Source of the DNA: Rozella allomycis CSF55
Lineage: Eukaryota
Length of the DNA: 64,000 bases
Reading direction: 5' to 3'
NCBI GenBank assembly: GCA_000442015.1
Contig: KE560949.1
Span: 1-64,000 of the forward strand
This document shows, piece after piece, positions 20,647 to 34,005 of this stretch. The position numbers were made by a program, and so were the translations under genes. Below the pieces are notes generated by a model. That model had not been told where the DNA came from. It was given only the letters and a program-made list of their open reading frames with translations, and made no database searches. Within the stretch, counting starts at the first letter, position 1, and each line of letters opens with the position of its first letter.

Positions 20647-23600
20647 TTATTTAGTCAATTTAGACAGTCTGGTTTTAATTGTTAACTTTTGAAAGAAACT
20701 TTTTGCAACTGGATCCTTGCGATGTATTAAGACTCTCATTAGATTGTATTGAGAAAATGGATTGTCTAGAGAGGTGTCGATGTGATTAGATTTGGGAGTA
20801 CTCTGTGTAGTTGTTTGATATTCCCGCACTTTTCAAGTTAATTAAATCATATTACATAATTCTTCTGTTGAAAGATGAAAAGTTGTTGAAACAATTGTTT
20901 TGATTTTCTTTAGATTCAAGTGAACGACTAGAATGGTTAAAGAATGAAATTACAATCTGGAGAAAGGCCAAAAGATGTAGAGTCTTTTCTGGAAAATAGA
21001 TTCTCCAAATAATCAATGTCCTCTAGAATTATTTCAGTGTTATTTGGATAATATTTTCTTTTTCTGGTAGCCCCTAGCAAGATCTTTTCGTAAACCCTAA
21101 CTAGGGTAAGAAAGAATGAATGAACAATTAAATTTACATAATCGAATGGCACTAATTAAAACAATGACGATGACTTACCGCCTGAAACAATATCGTTTAG
21201 AATGGGATCAAGTACTTGATTCCCAATTCGTACCAAGTTTGACACTGAAGCATTAGGAATGTAAAGATTTTCAATGAAGGAGCTTTTAATATCGCAGTAA
21301 ACTACTTTGATTCCAAAATATTGAATGTAAGAATCAATTAAAGATTGAAGATGATTTTGAAGGTTTGAAATGACCAGGGTAGATGGAAGATAAAATTTGA
21401 CTCTTGATTCAAACTCTATTAGTTTTTCTTTTGCGTATATTGCATTGTTTATCATTACCAACAACTTTTGAATAAATTATGGAATCGATTACCTTTGTTC
21501 TTGATTGCAAGTTTAGAATTCGCTTAATCATATCGTTCATTGGAAGTAGTTCATATTTTTTCTTTTTAAGAATAGTTTTATCAAATATTTCCATTGTTAT
21601 TTCCATGTGATCAAATGGATCTAATTCATTTTCTTTCAATTGGCGTCCAATTGATGAATTGACAATTTCAAAATATTTTTCTATTGATTTCACAAGATTG
21701 GAAATAAAATAACTGGAATATTCGCCTTTTATTTTATCTGAAGGAAAAGAAGTGAAAAATACAAATCGTGAATTTATAAAAGCGAATAGATCCATAATTG
21801 AAGAAGAATAAAATACTTTTTCTTTTTCAATTGGATGAAATTCTTTATCCAAATCTAGGCACCTTTTCAGTGTGGAATTCAATGCTTGTGGAATTTCATT
21901 CATCCAATTCTTTATTAAAGGCCTTATCCATCCATCAACATCAATAAACTGTAAAAAATACATGAAATCTGCTTTACTATGTTATCAATCAAATTTGAAT
22001 CTTCCAAATACTCTTCTGCTATTCCCTTTAAAGTTGTTTCAAGCATAATTAACTGACAATGAAGCTCTATTAAAGATGTATTTAATGTTGTTTGCTGCGC
22101 TTTGTGAAAAAGCAAATTCAATAATTCACGCTTTAAAATTTCAACAAAAGGAAACAAAATTGATTCAATTGAATTTCTTATTGTCAAAACATCTTTAATG
22201 GATTTAAACAAATTCAATTATTGCAACATTTATTTATTACCTGACTGAAATAATTAACGTCTTTAATAAACTCTTTTATGCCCATAGACCATGTTTCTAT
22301 AATCTCAATTTCTACCCTGGAAAGAATATTCTTCATTCTATTTTCTAAACTTTCTTTAAACATTTCTTGGCAATTCACATCTACAGGAAATTCAGCCATT
22401 GTAGATCCATTCCTGTAATAGAAATGTTGTAACGTTGCTGTTTTCAACACTTCTTTTTCACAATTTAACAATTCAGGTCCCAACACTTTATTAAACACTT
22501 TATTAACAAATAAATTAAATTTTTCGTTGTTTATATTTTGAGATAATGTTTTCTCTAAAAGATTTAGATCTCCGACAGCCAGGATTTTACTAGGAAATTT
22601 CATTCAACTAATTACCAAATATTCAAACAATCTTGATCAACACCAAGATTATTTTTAAGTAAAATTTCATAGTCATCATTTTTATTTTCATTCACTTTAA
22701 AGTATTGTTGAAAGGCTCTAACAATAGTCTTAATCAAATAGAACATTGTCTCATTAAAGCGATGAGTCCAATGAATGTTTTCTCCTTTATTCCTTTTAGC
22801 TGTCATAATTTCAGCAGCAATTAATTCCATTTTCTCCAAATAATTAATCATTGAAAGGTCAAAATCACTAAAAAGAGAAACAACAGAATTCTCTAATCCC
22901 ATCTCTTTTGATTCATCCAAAAGCAAATTAAATAGCAAAATCTTATTTCTTCTTTCAAACGCATTCAATTCTTCGTTATCTTTTTGCATTTCGTTTTTGT
23001 TAATGTTTCTTAACAATGTAAATCTAAACATAACAGGATCCAATACAATTGAATGGCCTTGGGCAATTATCTGATAATCGTTAGATTTTACAATAGCTTC
23101 ATAAAATTGTATCATTGATGAAATGTATTCACTCTTCTTTCGTGATATTTCAAAGTACGGCCTTATTTGATCCTCTACAAACTTTAACATCTATTAATAC
23201 AATCAAAGCATTAGTACCAGCTTGTCATTATTGCCCTTTACAAGAAGTAAAAGCAACTCATATCCACCTTGCTGCAAATCATCTTTCGACATTTCAATGT
23301 TCAAAGGCAATCTGGCAGGCAAGTTTGGTAATGGTCTTGTTGGAAGCTTAGGAGATGATAACTCTGATGAGGTACTCATTGATATAGGGCTGTGTGGTCC
23401 TCCGATAGGGACAATTTTAAATATTTGTCGGTCTGCATTCCATTCAATTCTCACAGGAGTCTTATCTAATTGAGATATTCTGGTGTAATAATATCGCATA
23501 TCTTCTGGATCAAAGTCAAACCATCGCATTCTTTGAAAGTGAATGTATAATCTTACGCATGGATGGATTCCAGCACAAATGATTGCTTCAAACCATCAAC

Positions 23601-23663
23601 TTTGGCTGTCTTGTTTTCAATTTCATTTAAAAATATCCATCTTAAAAGAACATCGCCTTCCAT
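20647..23663 (-). CDS. MUN/Munc13-homology (MHD1) domain protein, multi-exon
   Basis: WIRPLIKNWM..LKRCLDLDKEFHP..YSSSIMDLFAFIN resembles the MHD1 signature (W..W..A...D..F.....SxSxxDxF); ORFs join through 26-29 nt introns. Confidence 0.55.
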
Positions 23664-24190
23664 CTATTGCCAGCGTCAGCCACATTAAAATCCTATATTG
23701 TGAATTGACATCTTTTTGTCATGTCTCTAAACATAAAGCTTGTTTTACTCTGAAATATAAAAAATGAAATCGTTGACGAAATTAAATTAATAATTTGTAC
23801 AAAGAGTGTTTATTGACAATTCGTTCATTAAACTAGTATGTGAATATCAGGGTCTAGGGAATGGAAATCTTCTTTAGAATACTTCCGCATTTACTGTTTG
23901 GTAATAGAATTTAGGAATTCTCACTCGTCCAGTATGACCAATGGTTTAAAACTGAATCTCATCATCTAATTACATCATACATGATAACATTTAGCATCTT
24001 AATTTTCGCTAAAATTAGATTTAAATAGTCGCGTTCAAATATGTTTGCTGAAAGGAATTCCGGATATGGCTGCGATCCCAATTTCAGCTCAATTGATATT
24101 ATGATAGTAAATTTAACATCATGAACTTATTACGCGTTCTTTAAAACATCAATTTCATTTCTTCAGATCGCAATTAGGAAATTTAGCAAA

Positions 24191-24576
24191 ATGAAGCTGT
24201 TTTGGGACTTGCTGTATAAAGACCGGGTACTTAATACTCAAGACTTGTATTATCAATTCAAAAAAGGAAGATGGCTACCACCTAAAATATCTGCATTAAC
24301 TCTCAAAAAATTGGATAGAGTAGCTAAGGCTTACAATGTTGACCCGCACAAGGATTTGGGATTACCTTTACTAGTCAAAAACCCCACACCTTTGACAACG
24401 CCAGAACCCGAATTGCACGTTAAAAAGGCAATTCTAAGAAAGTACTTTATTGCAGATCAAATGGAAAAAATGCCTGAATTGGAAAAGCAATATTACGAGG
24501 TAAAAGTTTAGACTACTTAATATAGAATGAAAGAGCCAAAAGAAGGAAGAGGCGTGAAATGAAATTTCCATACTAA
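24191..24576 (+). CDS. Probable mitochondrial ribosomal protein mL59 (MRPL25-like)
   Basis: GRWLPPKIS and IADQMEKMPEL motifs, small basic protein, one 26-nt intron. Confidence 0.6.
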
Positions 24577-24596
24577 AATTTATATTCAAAATTGAT

Positions 24597-25914
24597 TCAT
24601 TTCCTCGGCTTATTTTTGCTAATAATACCATTCATCCTTTTAATTATTGTATTTGTTTCTTCCACTGTATCCATGAAAAGATACATAATTTTGGTTTCTT
24701 TTGCACTTGAGATACTCAGTTTAATAGCATTTTTCACCATTAGGTCACTAGGATCTGTTAAACAACAACCAGTAAGACCTGTCAAGTCAATGATTGTTTC
24801 CTGTAGTAATACCTAAATTGATCTTACGTTTCCAGTTTCTGAATGATAAAGTGACAAATTTCTGCCATGTAAGACAAACCAGTATCTTTTCCAGAGCTTA
24901 CTTGAGGAAGTAAAAGTAAATTACTGGGATTATCATATCTTCTTTGTATAATGTTATAAATCCTTCCTGCTCTACAGTATCTGGCACTATTTGGGCTTCT
25001 TTCTCGTCTTCTTCGTAAAATGTTGCCACATACATATTCATTTGAGCTATACCGTCTTTGTCATGTGAATTCTTTCGCAGTAAAAACGTGCCAAGTGCGA
25101 AATCAGACGTGATTTTTGATTTAATCTCCAGATTCACTGACCCAAGAATTTGATGATTATTTGATAACGCGTATCCAATGTTGCTTGATTTACCTCTAAT
25201 GGTCCCCATAAAACTTTTTGTTTTTGAAGCGATCGACTTTTCCTGAATACTTTGGTTTAAGGATATTTTTAAGGGCATGTCATATTGTAGGTCTCTTCAT
25301 ACAAAAAAACTTTAAGCTATTACACCAGGAAAGAATCTTGCACGGACATTATTTCAAATGGTGAAAATGTCTTTGTTTTCAGGCAAATATTCCCTGAAGT
25401 CAGGGTGAGAAATATTGGAGATGAAGCTAATTAAATAAACGCTTATTTGGGTACTATCTATAGTTTGCTTCAGATGGATTTTATCTATTTTGATCAGTAA
25501 CTTGGCTTCCTTTTCATTGAAGGTTTGGGTTTTCATATCGGCAATATTATTGTTGAAAACACTTAATACATCAGCATGTTTCTTTGAATTCCCTATCTTC
25601 ATAGTTTTTGTTTTGTTCAGTAAGTCTTTAAAGGTAGAGCGACTCAAGGTGCTTTTAAAGCTTTTAATGCTTTGGGTATCGTCATCACTATGCATATTTC
25701 TTTCCTTAAGTATAACATAACAGTCGGCTTTTGTGTTAACATTCAAGTTTTCAATCCATTTTAAAGCATTTTCAGAGATAGCCGTAGAGTTAATATGTAA
25801 GTTTCCTGGAAGCCTTTCACGAAGAATAGTAGGTATAGATACTTCTGTGCTTTCATATGCGGTGTCTTCGTATTGAAATGAAGATACACTAAGTCGACGG
25901 GAAATAGAGTTCAT
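24597..25914 (-). CDS. PH-domain protein (possibly anillin/Bud4-like)
   Basis: C-terminal EQEGFITL..WKRYWFVLHG..IDLTG PH-like pattern; exons joined by canonical tiny introns. Confidence 0.55.
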
Positions 25915-25994
25915 CGTGGTAAACAAAAACAAAAACTTGTGAATAAACAACAACATCATTGTTGAAATATAATACAATGTTCATGTTATATTTA

Positions 25995-27707
25995 TTATGG
26001 TTGGGGGAGTAATATTCCTAGCCCTAACAGGAATGAAAACGGCAGGTATAAAACGTAAATTCCTATCAGGACAACTCCAAAATATCTTGGTATTTTATAC
26101 TTATAAAATGTTGACGTTGATACTAGTGTTATCAATGCCGCGAGGACAAGAACAGCGAACGCAAGGTAAATATCTATCATTCCTGTAAATGCAGGAAGAA
26201 TTGGACCATCACTTAAATTTAAATTCAGCAAAGACACCCCTAACGTCAAAAGGACGTTTTGTATAGGGCCACAAAATATTGCTGTTACTGCAGTCTCAAA
26301 ACTTCCAGATCGTGCAATTGCAATGTTTGCAATTAAATCCCCAAAAGAATTACCCCATGCTAAGATAATGATACCAAGAACTGCATCTTTAATCTTTAGG
26401 ACCATGCCAATAGTTTGAAGTAGCTCAACTACATCTTGAGTTACTGCGTAGATCCAAAATATAGTAACAACAAATGCATAGATGACAATTAATAAATTAT
26501 ACACGGGATGAGATTTCCATGAAGATGTTTTAGCAAAAATAAGTGAAAATATGAAGGATAATGTCATTACGATGTACGACAAAGGGAAGCCATTGATATT
26601 CTCGTTTAACTTTCCAGAAAGAAATAAGATTAAGAAAAAAGAGCAGAATGGATTGATAACAAGTCGAATTCTATAAAGAACTAGGCTTTCAAATTTCCAA
26701 GCATTGTTTTGATCTATATCCATGTCATCCAACAAAGGAGGGACAGACAAGATTGATATTAATTCTATAGGAGATTTTAAAATAAAGATAATTCTGTCAA
26801 TTAAATTAAGATTATGAAATCCTGAATAGTCTATCAAATATTTAGGCAAGTGTCTAAAATTAAATGTTGTTTCATTGGAAACGTCTTTAACTATCTTGTC
26901 TTCATTCGCAATCAAGCTATGTTTTCTGATTTGAAAAAGTATAACAGAGCCTATATGTAATGCATAAGTTATAAGAAAAAGAACCGGAACCCACAAAGGT
27001 AGATACCTTGTCTGAGCAATAGCAACTACCCCGACCACAGAAAGTAAAAATAAGATAATATTTTTAACAAATGAAACTTTTGAAAGCGAATTTTGACGCT
27101 CACTAACAAAAAATTGGATGCTTTCTTTTCTTGATAGCGTCGTTTGCATTTCGATTGCACCAGAAGACACAGTTGTATCTGATGAAGGTTTTTGAATGTC
27201 AACATCACAAAAATCAGATTTCTTTGCAACTAATATTACAATACCAAGCACAAATGTTGTTATAAACAAGCCAGATCCAACAGATGAACCAAATACCATC
27301 CCGGCTTTTTCTTGTGTACCGGTTAATGCTGTGAAAAAATCTGGAGCGCCATTTCCAATCGCTAAAAGTGTAACACCGGCTACATCAGGCGATAACTTCA
27401 AATATTGAGATATTATTTCAAGTGACTTGCATAAATGTTTATCTGATATTACAAATAGAAACAGGAAGAATAGTATAAGTAACATCAGACCGCATAAAAG
27501 CATCAGAAAAGGGCTCTTTAATTGACAAAAATACAAAGCATTGTAATTTATCATTGACTCTGACTTACATTCCACCAACGAATATCTACATGCATCACTA
27601 CTTGACAACGATGGCAAAGTTGTACAATCAAATTGGCTGCTTGAACTTTGCCCCAACACATTCGCTAAATGACTCACTAAGAATACTAGTAAGGTAAATT
27701 TGTTCAT
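25995..27707 (-). CDS. Cation/calcium exchanger (CCX/NCLX/Ecm27-like), intronless
   Basis: Alpha-1 repeat AGVTLLAIGNGAPDFF and alpha-2 repeat LAWGNSFGDLIAN; many TM helices. Confidence 0.92.
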   Translation of the reverse strand: MNKFTLLVFLVSHLANVLGQSSSSQFDCTTLPSLSSSDACRYSLVECKSESMINYNALYFCQLKSPFLMLLCGLMLLILFFLFLFVISDKHLCKSLEIISQYLKLSPDVAGVTLLAIGNGAPDFFTALTGTQEKAGMVFGSSVGSGLFITTFVLGIVILVAKKSDFCDVDIQKPSSDTTVSSGAIEMQTTLSRKESIQFFVSERQNSLSKVSFVKNIILFLLSVVGVVAIAQTRYLPLWVPVLFLITYALHIGSVILFQIRKHSLIANEDKIVKDVSNETTFNFRHLPKYLIDYSGFHNLNLIDRIIFILKSPIELISILSVPPLLDDMDIDQNNAWKFESLVLYRIRLVINPFCSFFLILFLSGKLNENINGFPLSYIVMTLSFIFSLIFAKTSSWKSHPVYNLLIVIYAFVVTIFWIYAVTQDVVELLQTIGMVLKIKDAVLGIIILAWGNSFGDLIANIAIARSGSFETAVTAIFCGPIQNVLLTLGVSLLNLNLSDGPILPAFTGMIDIYLAFAVLVLAALITLVSTSTFYKYKIPRYFGVVLIGIYVLYLPFSFLLGLGILLPQP

Positions 27708-28043
27708 CTATGATAATGTTTGCCTGCGCCACTCTATGAATTCTTTCCATGAGCAGTTAAATAAAGCAAATAAATCTACCACTTATTACTTAAGATAAAT
27801 TATCAGGCAAAAAGCATAAGCGTCATTCATTAAATTTTTCTAATTAAACAACCTTATTTATTGCATTCCAAAATTTCATTATTGGGAAGCGATGATAAGA
27901 GATTTATCAATCAATGATGCCGCTTCCATTTCAACATGATTTTTATAGGTAAATTCGATGAACTGACCTAGGATTCAGCTTTNTTTAGGAAGCGGTGATA
28001 AGAGATTTATCAATCAATGATGACGCTTCCATTAACATGATTT

Positions 28044-28568
28044 TTATAGGTAAATTCGATGAACTGACCTAGGATTCAGCTTTTTTCTACAGATCGGACA
28101 TAACTTTGTTGTTCTGCCAGCTTCTACTAGACACGAGTAACAACCCAAATGTCCACATGCCGTGGTAGATAATTCTTCGGCTTCTTCGTTCAAGCAAATA
28201 GGACAACGGACAGATGGTTTACTTTTCTTAGATTTCCTGGTCTTACAGTCTTCTCCACTTTTAGTTCCTTCATCTTCACTTATCAAGTCAATAACTACAT
28301 GTTTAAATTTATCATTAGAACCTCTATCGTCATCGCTGTCAACAATTATGACGGGGTTCGGTTGTTTGACTACAATCGGAGAAAGAATCTTATCTTCTAT
28401 TATATTTATGGTATCTTTTTTATCCACCTTGGATTTACGGCTAGTCCTTCGTGCAGACATCGAGTTCTGAAGAGTTTGAAATTTTGGTTTCCTGGGGTCA
28501 GGAAGAATAACATTTGGAGAATATTCATCGGAAGAAAATTCATAATTAAAGTCCACATTTGAAATCAT
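28044..28568 (-). CDS. RING E3 ligase with SUMO-interacting motifs (RNF4/Slx8-like STUbL)
   Basis: C-terminal C3HC4 RING CPIC..CGHLGCYSC..CPICRK ending HRIYL; SIM-like VIIVDSDDD and VVIDLISEDE. Confidence 0.75.
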   Translation of the reverse strand: MISNVDFNYEFSSDEYSPNVILPDPRKPKFQTLQNSMSARRTSRKSKVDKKDTINIIEDKILSPIVVKQPNPVIIVDSDDDRGSNDKFKHVVIDLISEDEGTKSGEDCKTRKSKKSKPSVRCPICLNEEAEELSTTACGHLGCYSCLVEAGRTTKLCPICRKKLNPRSVHRIYL

Positions 28569-28901
28569 TTTTGAATGAAAGACGCTGGTTTTTGACCCAA
28601 TACCTACTTAGCCACACGAAATGTCCAAGTCCTAATATCGTGATTGTTTGACACCATCTAGTCTCGTGATGTAACAAAATATAATTCGTCGAAAATTTAT
28701 ATTCATATTTCGAAATTATTGATCTCTTTTTACCTTCATGTATCATCTGAAACTCTAGCATAAAAACTCTATTCTTCATTTCATGATTTCATCAAAATGA
28801 TCTAATTCATTAAGATAAAGAAATCTTCAAAAAAATTATAAGTTTGCTATAAAAGTATGCAAATAATTTATAATTTTATTATATATATTATCATTTGAAA
28901 A

Positions 28902-29847
28902 TTAGAATCGAGGACGTCTTTTGCGAGCAGTGTATTTAGAATCTTCTGGCACATTAATTTTGCCTCGTTTTCTATTTAATTCCTTCTTTCTCAACACCCA
29001 ATCCTTATCTTTAACATTCTTTTTACCCTTCCTTTTTCTCTCCCTTGTTCGTTCTGATACGCTTGCCTGCACACTATCATCTTCACCTGTACCTAGAGCG
29101 ATAGGGGCTACATATTCTCCCGAGGAGCCAGTAAACAAGCAAAGATAATACTTTTTGGCTTTTGTGCTATGAGGATAGTCGATAACAATTCCACCGGTAA
29201 ATCCTGCCTTCATAGCGCTTGTTGTGATCATAGTAATCTGATCAGGATGATCAGGATAAAATTGAAAAACCGCGCGGGCACCTCTGCAAAGCGAAGAATA
29301 CAAAGTTCCAAAAAATCTATTCAGGCGATGGTAAGGGCTATTAATTTTCTTGTCAGCGTTACATAACCATTGGAGAGCGGATACACTTTTCTTAAAAAAA
29401 GTATGTTTTCTACCTTATTGCTCCATCAAATGAACCAGGCCTAAAGCAAACACCTGTTCCCATATCGTGAAGCATCAAATCTCCATCAGCTTCTCTTTCT
29501 CTTGCGATATCTAATAAAAACCAATCTGTTCAATGTACCCAACATTGAAGAACTGATGTCCAAGCCAACCCAATGATGACCGGACTCTGAAAGGACTTCA
29601 CCGGATAATCCAGACCCGCAACCAATATCCAAAATAAATCTTGGGGAATCGTCTTGTATGTTTAGTAATTCAATACATCTCTCTGACATTTCGGCTTGAA
29701 TCTGAATGATACGAGTACTGATTTTATTTGAAAAAAGTATGGATTACTTTGAAGAGTATTTTTTAGCCTCAGATTCGTTATAAAACTATTTTATTCATAA
29801 ATTTAAATTACTATTTCAGGTGGAGCTTGAAGTTCTGGCCTTGACAT
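28902..29847 (-). CDS. BUD23: 18S rRNA m7G methyltransferase Bud23/WBSCR22
   Basis: MSRPELQAPPE, LDIGCGSGLSG, AVFQFYP, GFTGGIVIDYP, SKYTARKRRPRF. Confidence 0.96.
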
Positions 29848-29954
29848 GATTTTCTAAATTTTTTGAAGCCAAGCCCCAGAATAAAATAATGTGAAACCTG
29901 CAATCTGGCTACTAAATTCTATAATTTCTCTTATCTTTACTTAAATAGCTATTT

Positions 29955-30060
29955 CATGGTTGTCCGCCTGAAAAGCTCAAGAAAGGAATCTTTGCATTCA
30001 AGAGCATGCTTTATGAATTATGGCTTTCTGGAACAGTCAGACTACTAAGGTTGCACATCT
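29955..30060 (+). ncRNA. Candidate H/ACA snoRNA
   Basis: H box AGAGCA at 30001-30006, ACA at 30055-30057 followed by 3 nt; second hairpin has a pocket 15 nt from ACA. Folded by eye only. Confidence 0.4.
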
Positions 30061-30130
30061 TAAGTTTTATTTTTGTCTTTTGATAGTGACATGGTGCTAA
30101 GAACGTAAGCCTCAAAAATTGAAATTTGAA

Positions 30131-31177
30131 ATGTCCAATTCCATAAAGTTGATTACTGGAAATTCACATCCCGAGTTGGCTAAACTTGTAGCCAAAAAAC
30201 TTCACGTGGAAGTAGCGAAAATACTACCTGTAAAGCTAACCAACCAAGAAATATCAATCATTATTGGGGAATCAGTTAGAGACGAAGATGTCTTTATTTT
30301 ACAAACTAATTGTGGAGAGATAAATGACCATTTAATGGAATTATTGATGATTATATCTGCATGTAAATCTGCATCAGCAAGAAGAATAACAGCGGGTACA
30401 GTCTAGTTTTGAATCAAAATAGTTTTACCATGTTACCCCTATTCTCGGGCAGATAAAAAAGATAAGGCTCGAGCTCCAATTACTGCAAAGCTAGTGGCTA
30501 ATATGATAACGGTTGCAGGGGCTGACCATATTATAACGTTAGACTTGTAAGGAATACATTCGACTTTATTTCGGGCATGCCTCACAAATACAGGGATTTT
30601 TCGATATACCAGTGGATAATCTATATGCAGAGCCTATGCTTGCAAAGTATATAAAAGAGAATATTCCAGATTACAAAAACGCAGTGGTTGTCAGTCCTGA
30701 CAGTGGTGGCGCAAAACGCTGTACATCTCTCGCAGATAGACTTGACACTGACTTTGCATTAGTATATAATATTAACTATATAAACGGTAGATTCATAAAG
30801 AAAGAAAACGCGCTAATGAAGTCTCGCGGATGGTTCTAGTAGGAGAAGTGGCAGGAAAAGTGGCGATCATTGTCGATGATATGGCTGACACATGTGGGAC
30901 TCTTGGTTTGGCAGCACAAGTATTGATTGAGCATGGAGCTAAATGTGTATATGCGATTGTAGTCCACGGGATTTTGTCCGGTAAGGCCCTGAAGGTTATT
31001 AATGAATCTGCACTATCGGAGGTTGTTGTTACAAATACAATACCACACCAAGAAAAGAAAGAAATTTGTCCAAAACTAAAGACAATTGATATTTCATGCA
31101 TAATATCAGAAGCTATTAGACGTACTCACAATGGAGAATCAGTTTCTTATTTATTTTCAAATGCACCGGGACTTTAA
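30131..31177 (+). CDS. PRS: Ribose-phosphate pyrophosphokinase (PRPP synthetase)
   Basis: [63 protein letters not shown]. Confidence 0.96.
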
Positions 31178-31197
31178 AAAATAAATGTAAAAAATAA

Positions 31198-33164
31198 TTA
31201 TAATTTATTGTCCAAAGAAAAATAAGAACTTCTTTTAAACCCTGGTGTTGTAAGAGCGTCTTCTAATTCCATTGACATGTCTTCAGCATCATAATAAACA
31301 CAGCTGTCTACAGGTATATCATTTCTTAATGTAAAAGAAGCATTCTCTTCTAGCGCTTTGCACAAAAGATTATTGGTGATGGAGTCGCCCGGTTTCAAAC
31401 TTAATGCCTATTTGTATCGCATGAGACGATTTTACTTTATGATAATATTCTATAGCTTCTGAAAATTCATTTTTTTGATGATACAGATAACCGATGCACA
31501 GGTATGGATAGTAATCACTTGGTTTAACAAGCTGTGCATTCTCAAAGCAAGTCAAACTGTTTCTAAAATCGCTATAATAAAAAATAAAGTTTCTTACTGG
31601 AGATTTCTGTAAACTTGACCTAAATTTATGTTCAGCTTGAACAGCGAATCTCCTTCAGTAGAGAACGTTTTCGATAATTCTTTAGCTTTTTGGAAATAGG
31701 GGAGCGCTTTCTCATAACTTTTAATTATTTGTTTCAAATTTACTTTTGATTTTTATAATGCAAAATCCCAAGTTCATTTTGAACTTGAGGATCTTCTGGA
31801 CAAATTTTCTCGGCTTCAATCAAAAATTGTTCAGCAGCTTGAAGATTATTAGTTAAATGGTGCTCGATTCCAATAGCAAGGAGAGGCAAATGACATCCTA
31901 CAAAATGCCTTGATGCAGATGAATATGCAGAAATGGCTTGGTCATGTTCGCCCGCCATCGCAAAGGAATGTCCAAATGCTAACCACCCACTGGAAAATAG
32001 AGGTTCCAAAGAATATGATTTTGAGAGATATCTGCGAGCTTCATCAAGTTTGTTTATTAAAAGGTAATACAACCCAATAGTAAACCACGTTACGCCTTTT
32101 TGGGGATAAAGCTTTACCAACTCATGTCCCATTTGAAACAAAACATTTTTCTTTTTTAATTGATACAAAACTGAAACATGAAGTGTTAAAACGTCAATAA
32201 CGTGGGGATCCTTTTTAAGAATCTTGGACGTCGTAGTTAAACAATCTTCATACGCACCTGTAATAAAATATCTTTCGGCTTGTTGTAAAAGTACAAATGG
32301 TGTTTCTAAAGAGTTTAAATTCTCTTGACTTGACAAAATCCCTCGATTCGCATAGTCTAATGCCAAATACTTTTATTGCGGGTAAAATATTATTACTTTC
32401 TTTAATTTTATACTGTACATTTGGTATAGAAAAGTACTTGCTGTTGAAGGAAGCTGAGAAAATTGAATGCTTTGTAAAAGTTCAATCTCCTCCTCTTTGG
32501 TTAACATATGATTGCTCATCAATGCATTAAATGCTTGAAAGCAAGTGGGATCAGCCAATATAGCCTTTCTATAAAATTCACTGGATCGTTTAAAGTTTTC
32601 CAATTTGTAATGAATTGAGGCCATTAGACAATATACTTGCGGTAAAAGCTTACGATCACCCAATGAATGAACTTTAAAATCAAACATTTCTAATTACCTG
32701 GATCAAAATTTTCCAAGAGACAAAGGGCCTGCTCAAATTGCTCAAGCTTAATGTGGCATTTAGCGGCAATTATCATGGCTTTTGGATTTTTAATGCTTAA
32801 AAACTTTGAGGCATGAGCTAAACATCTATGGTATTGGTTATTTTTATACAGAAGATCACAAAATTCTAGCTCCTCGTTAATATCATCTACACAATCATTT
32901 AAACCTGCATTGTGTACCAGTAATTCCTATTAATGTCTCATGGTAAAATAAAGCTGTTTCAAAATCTCCTAAATTGTTGTAGTTGTTAATTTCTTGTTTC
33001 AAAAACGGAATCAGATGCTTAAACGCTGAAACATCTGATTTCAAATCAAAATTATCAGGAATTTCATAATCAACATTCGCATGACTTTTGGGGCTATGAG
33101 CAAATGGTGAAAATGAAAATATTAAACTCTTTCTGTTATTCGGAGTCGTAAACGCTCTCTTCAT
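31198..33164 (-). CDS. CDC16: Anaphase-promoting complex TPR subunit Cdc16/APC6
   Basis: TPR repeats; DPTCFQAFNAL, ARRYLSK, GWLAFGHSFAMAGEHDQAISAY, HLPLL, NELG. Confidence 0.92.
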
Positions 33165-33312
33165 TCTCCAAGCCACTGAGTCAACATCAAGTGAAATTGT
33201 TAATGAAATAAATTGAAAACATTCATTTTTTAAATGATTATTATGGTCGCCGATTTCCACTTTATTATTTTTTGTAAAGTGCCTAACGTAAACAAACAAA
33301 TTCATTGCAGCA

Positions 33313-33979
33313 ATGTCGTCGGTTATTCGCAAGAAAATAGTCATAGTAGGGGATGGTGCCTGTGGAAAGACATGTCTTTTAATTGTTTATTCTAAGAAAG
33401 AATTTCCAGAGGTAGATGTCTTTATGCATGAGATAACTTAGAAATACGTACCCACAGTTTTTGAAAATTATGTTGCAGACATTACTGTGGATGGAAAACA
33501 CATTGAATTGGCTCTATGGGATACGGCTGGACAGGAGGATTATGATCGATTAAGGCCATTGTCTTACCCAGACACTGACACAGTGCTTGTTTGTTTTTCT
33601 GTTGATAATCCAGTTTCATTGGAAAATGTGGAATCTAAGGTACCATCATCCTATATGATCAAGTTAGTGGTATCCGGAAGTAGTCCACTTTTGTGAAGGT
33701 GTCCCAATTATACTGTTGGCTTTGAAGTCTGATCTTCGAAATGATGAGAGGACTATAGAAGAATTAAAAAAGAATAATCTAAAGCCTGTATCTTTCGATG
33801 AAGTACGTCTAACATATCGACCTTATTAGGGATTGGCAATGGCCAACAAAATAAATGCATACAAGTACATTGAATGTTCAGCAAGAAAGAATGAAAAGGT
33901 CTACGATGTGTTTGAGCACGCAACGCGGGCTGCTTTAATGTCCAGAAAGAAAAACAAACTCAAATGTCTATTGATGTAA
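33313..33979 (+). CDS. RHO1: Rho GTPase (Rho1/RhoA subfamily)
   Basis: [52 protein letters not shown]; three introns. Confidence 0.85.
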
Positions 33980-34005
33980 AAATAATAAATCTAATTCTTC
34001 TTACT

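Noticed and set aside
27887-28083. About 95-bp direct duplication of the RING gene 3' end
   Set aside because: The copies flank the N at 27983; most likely unmerged contig overlap or allelic haplotypes.
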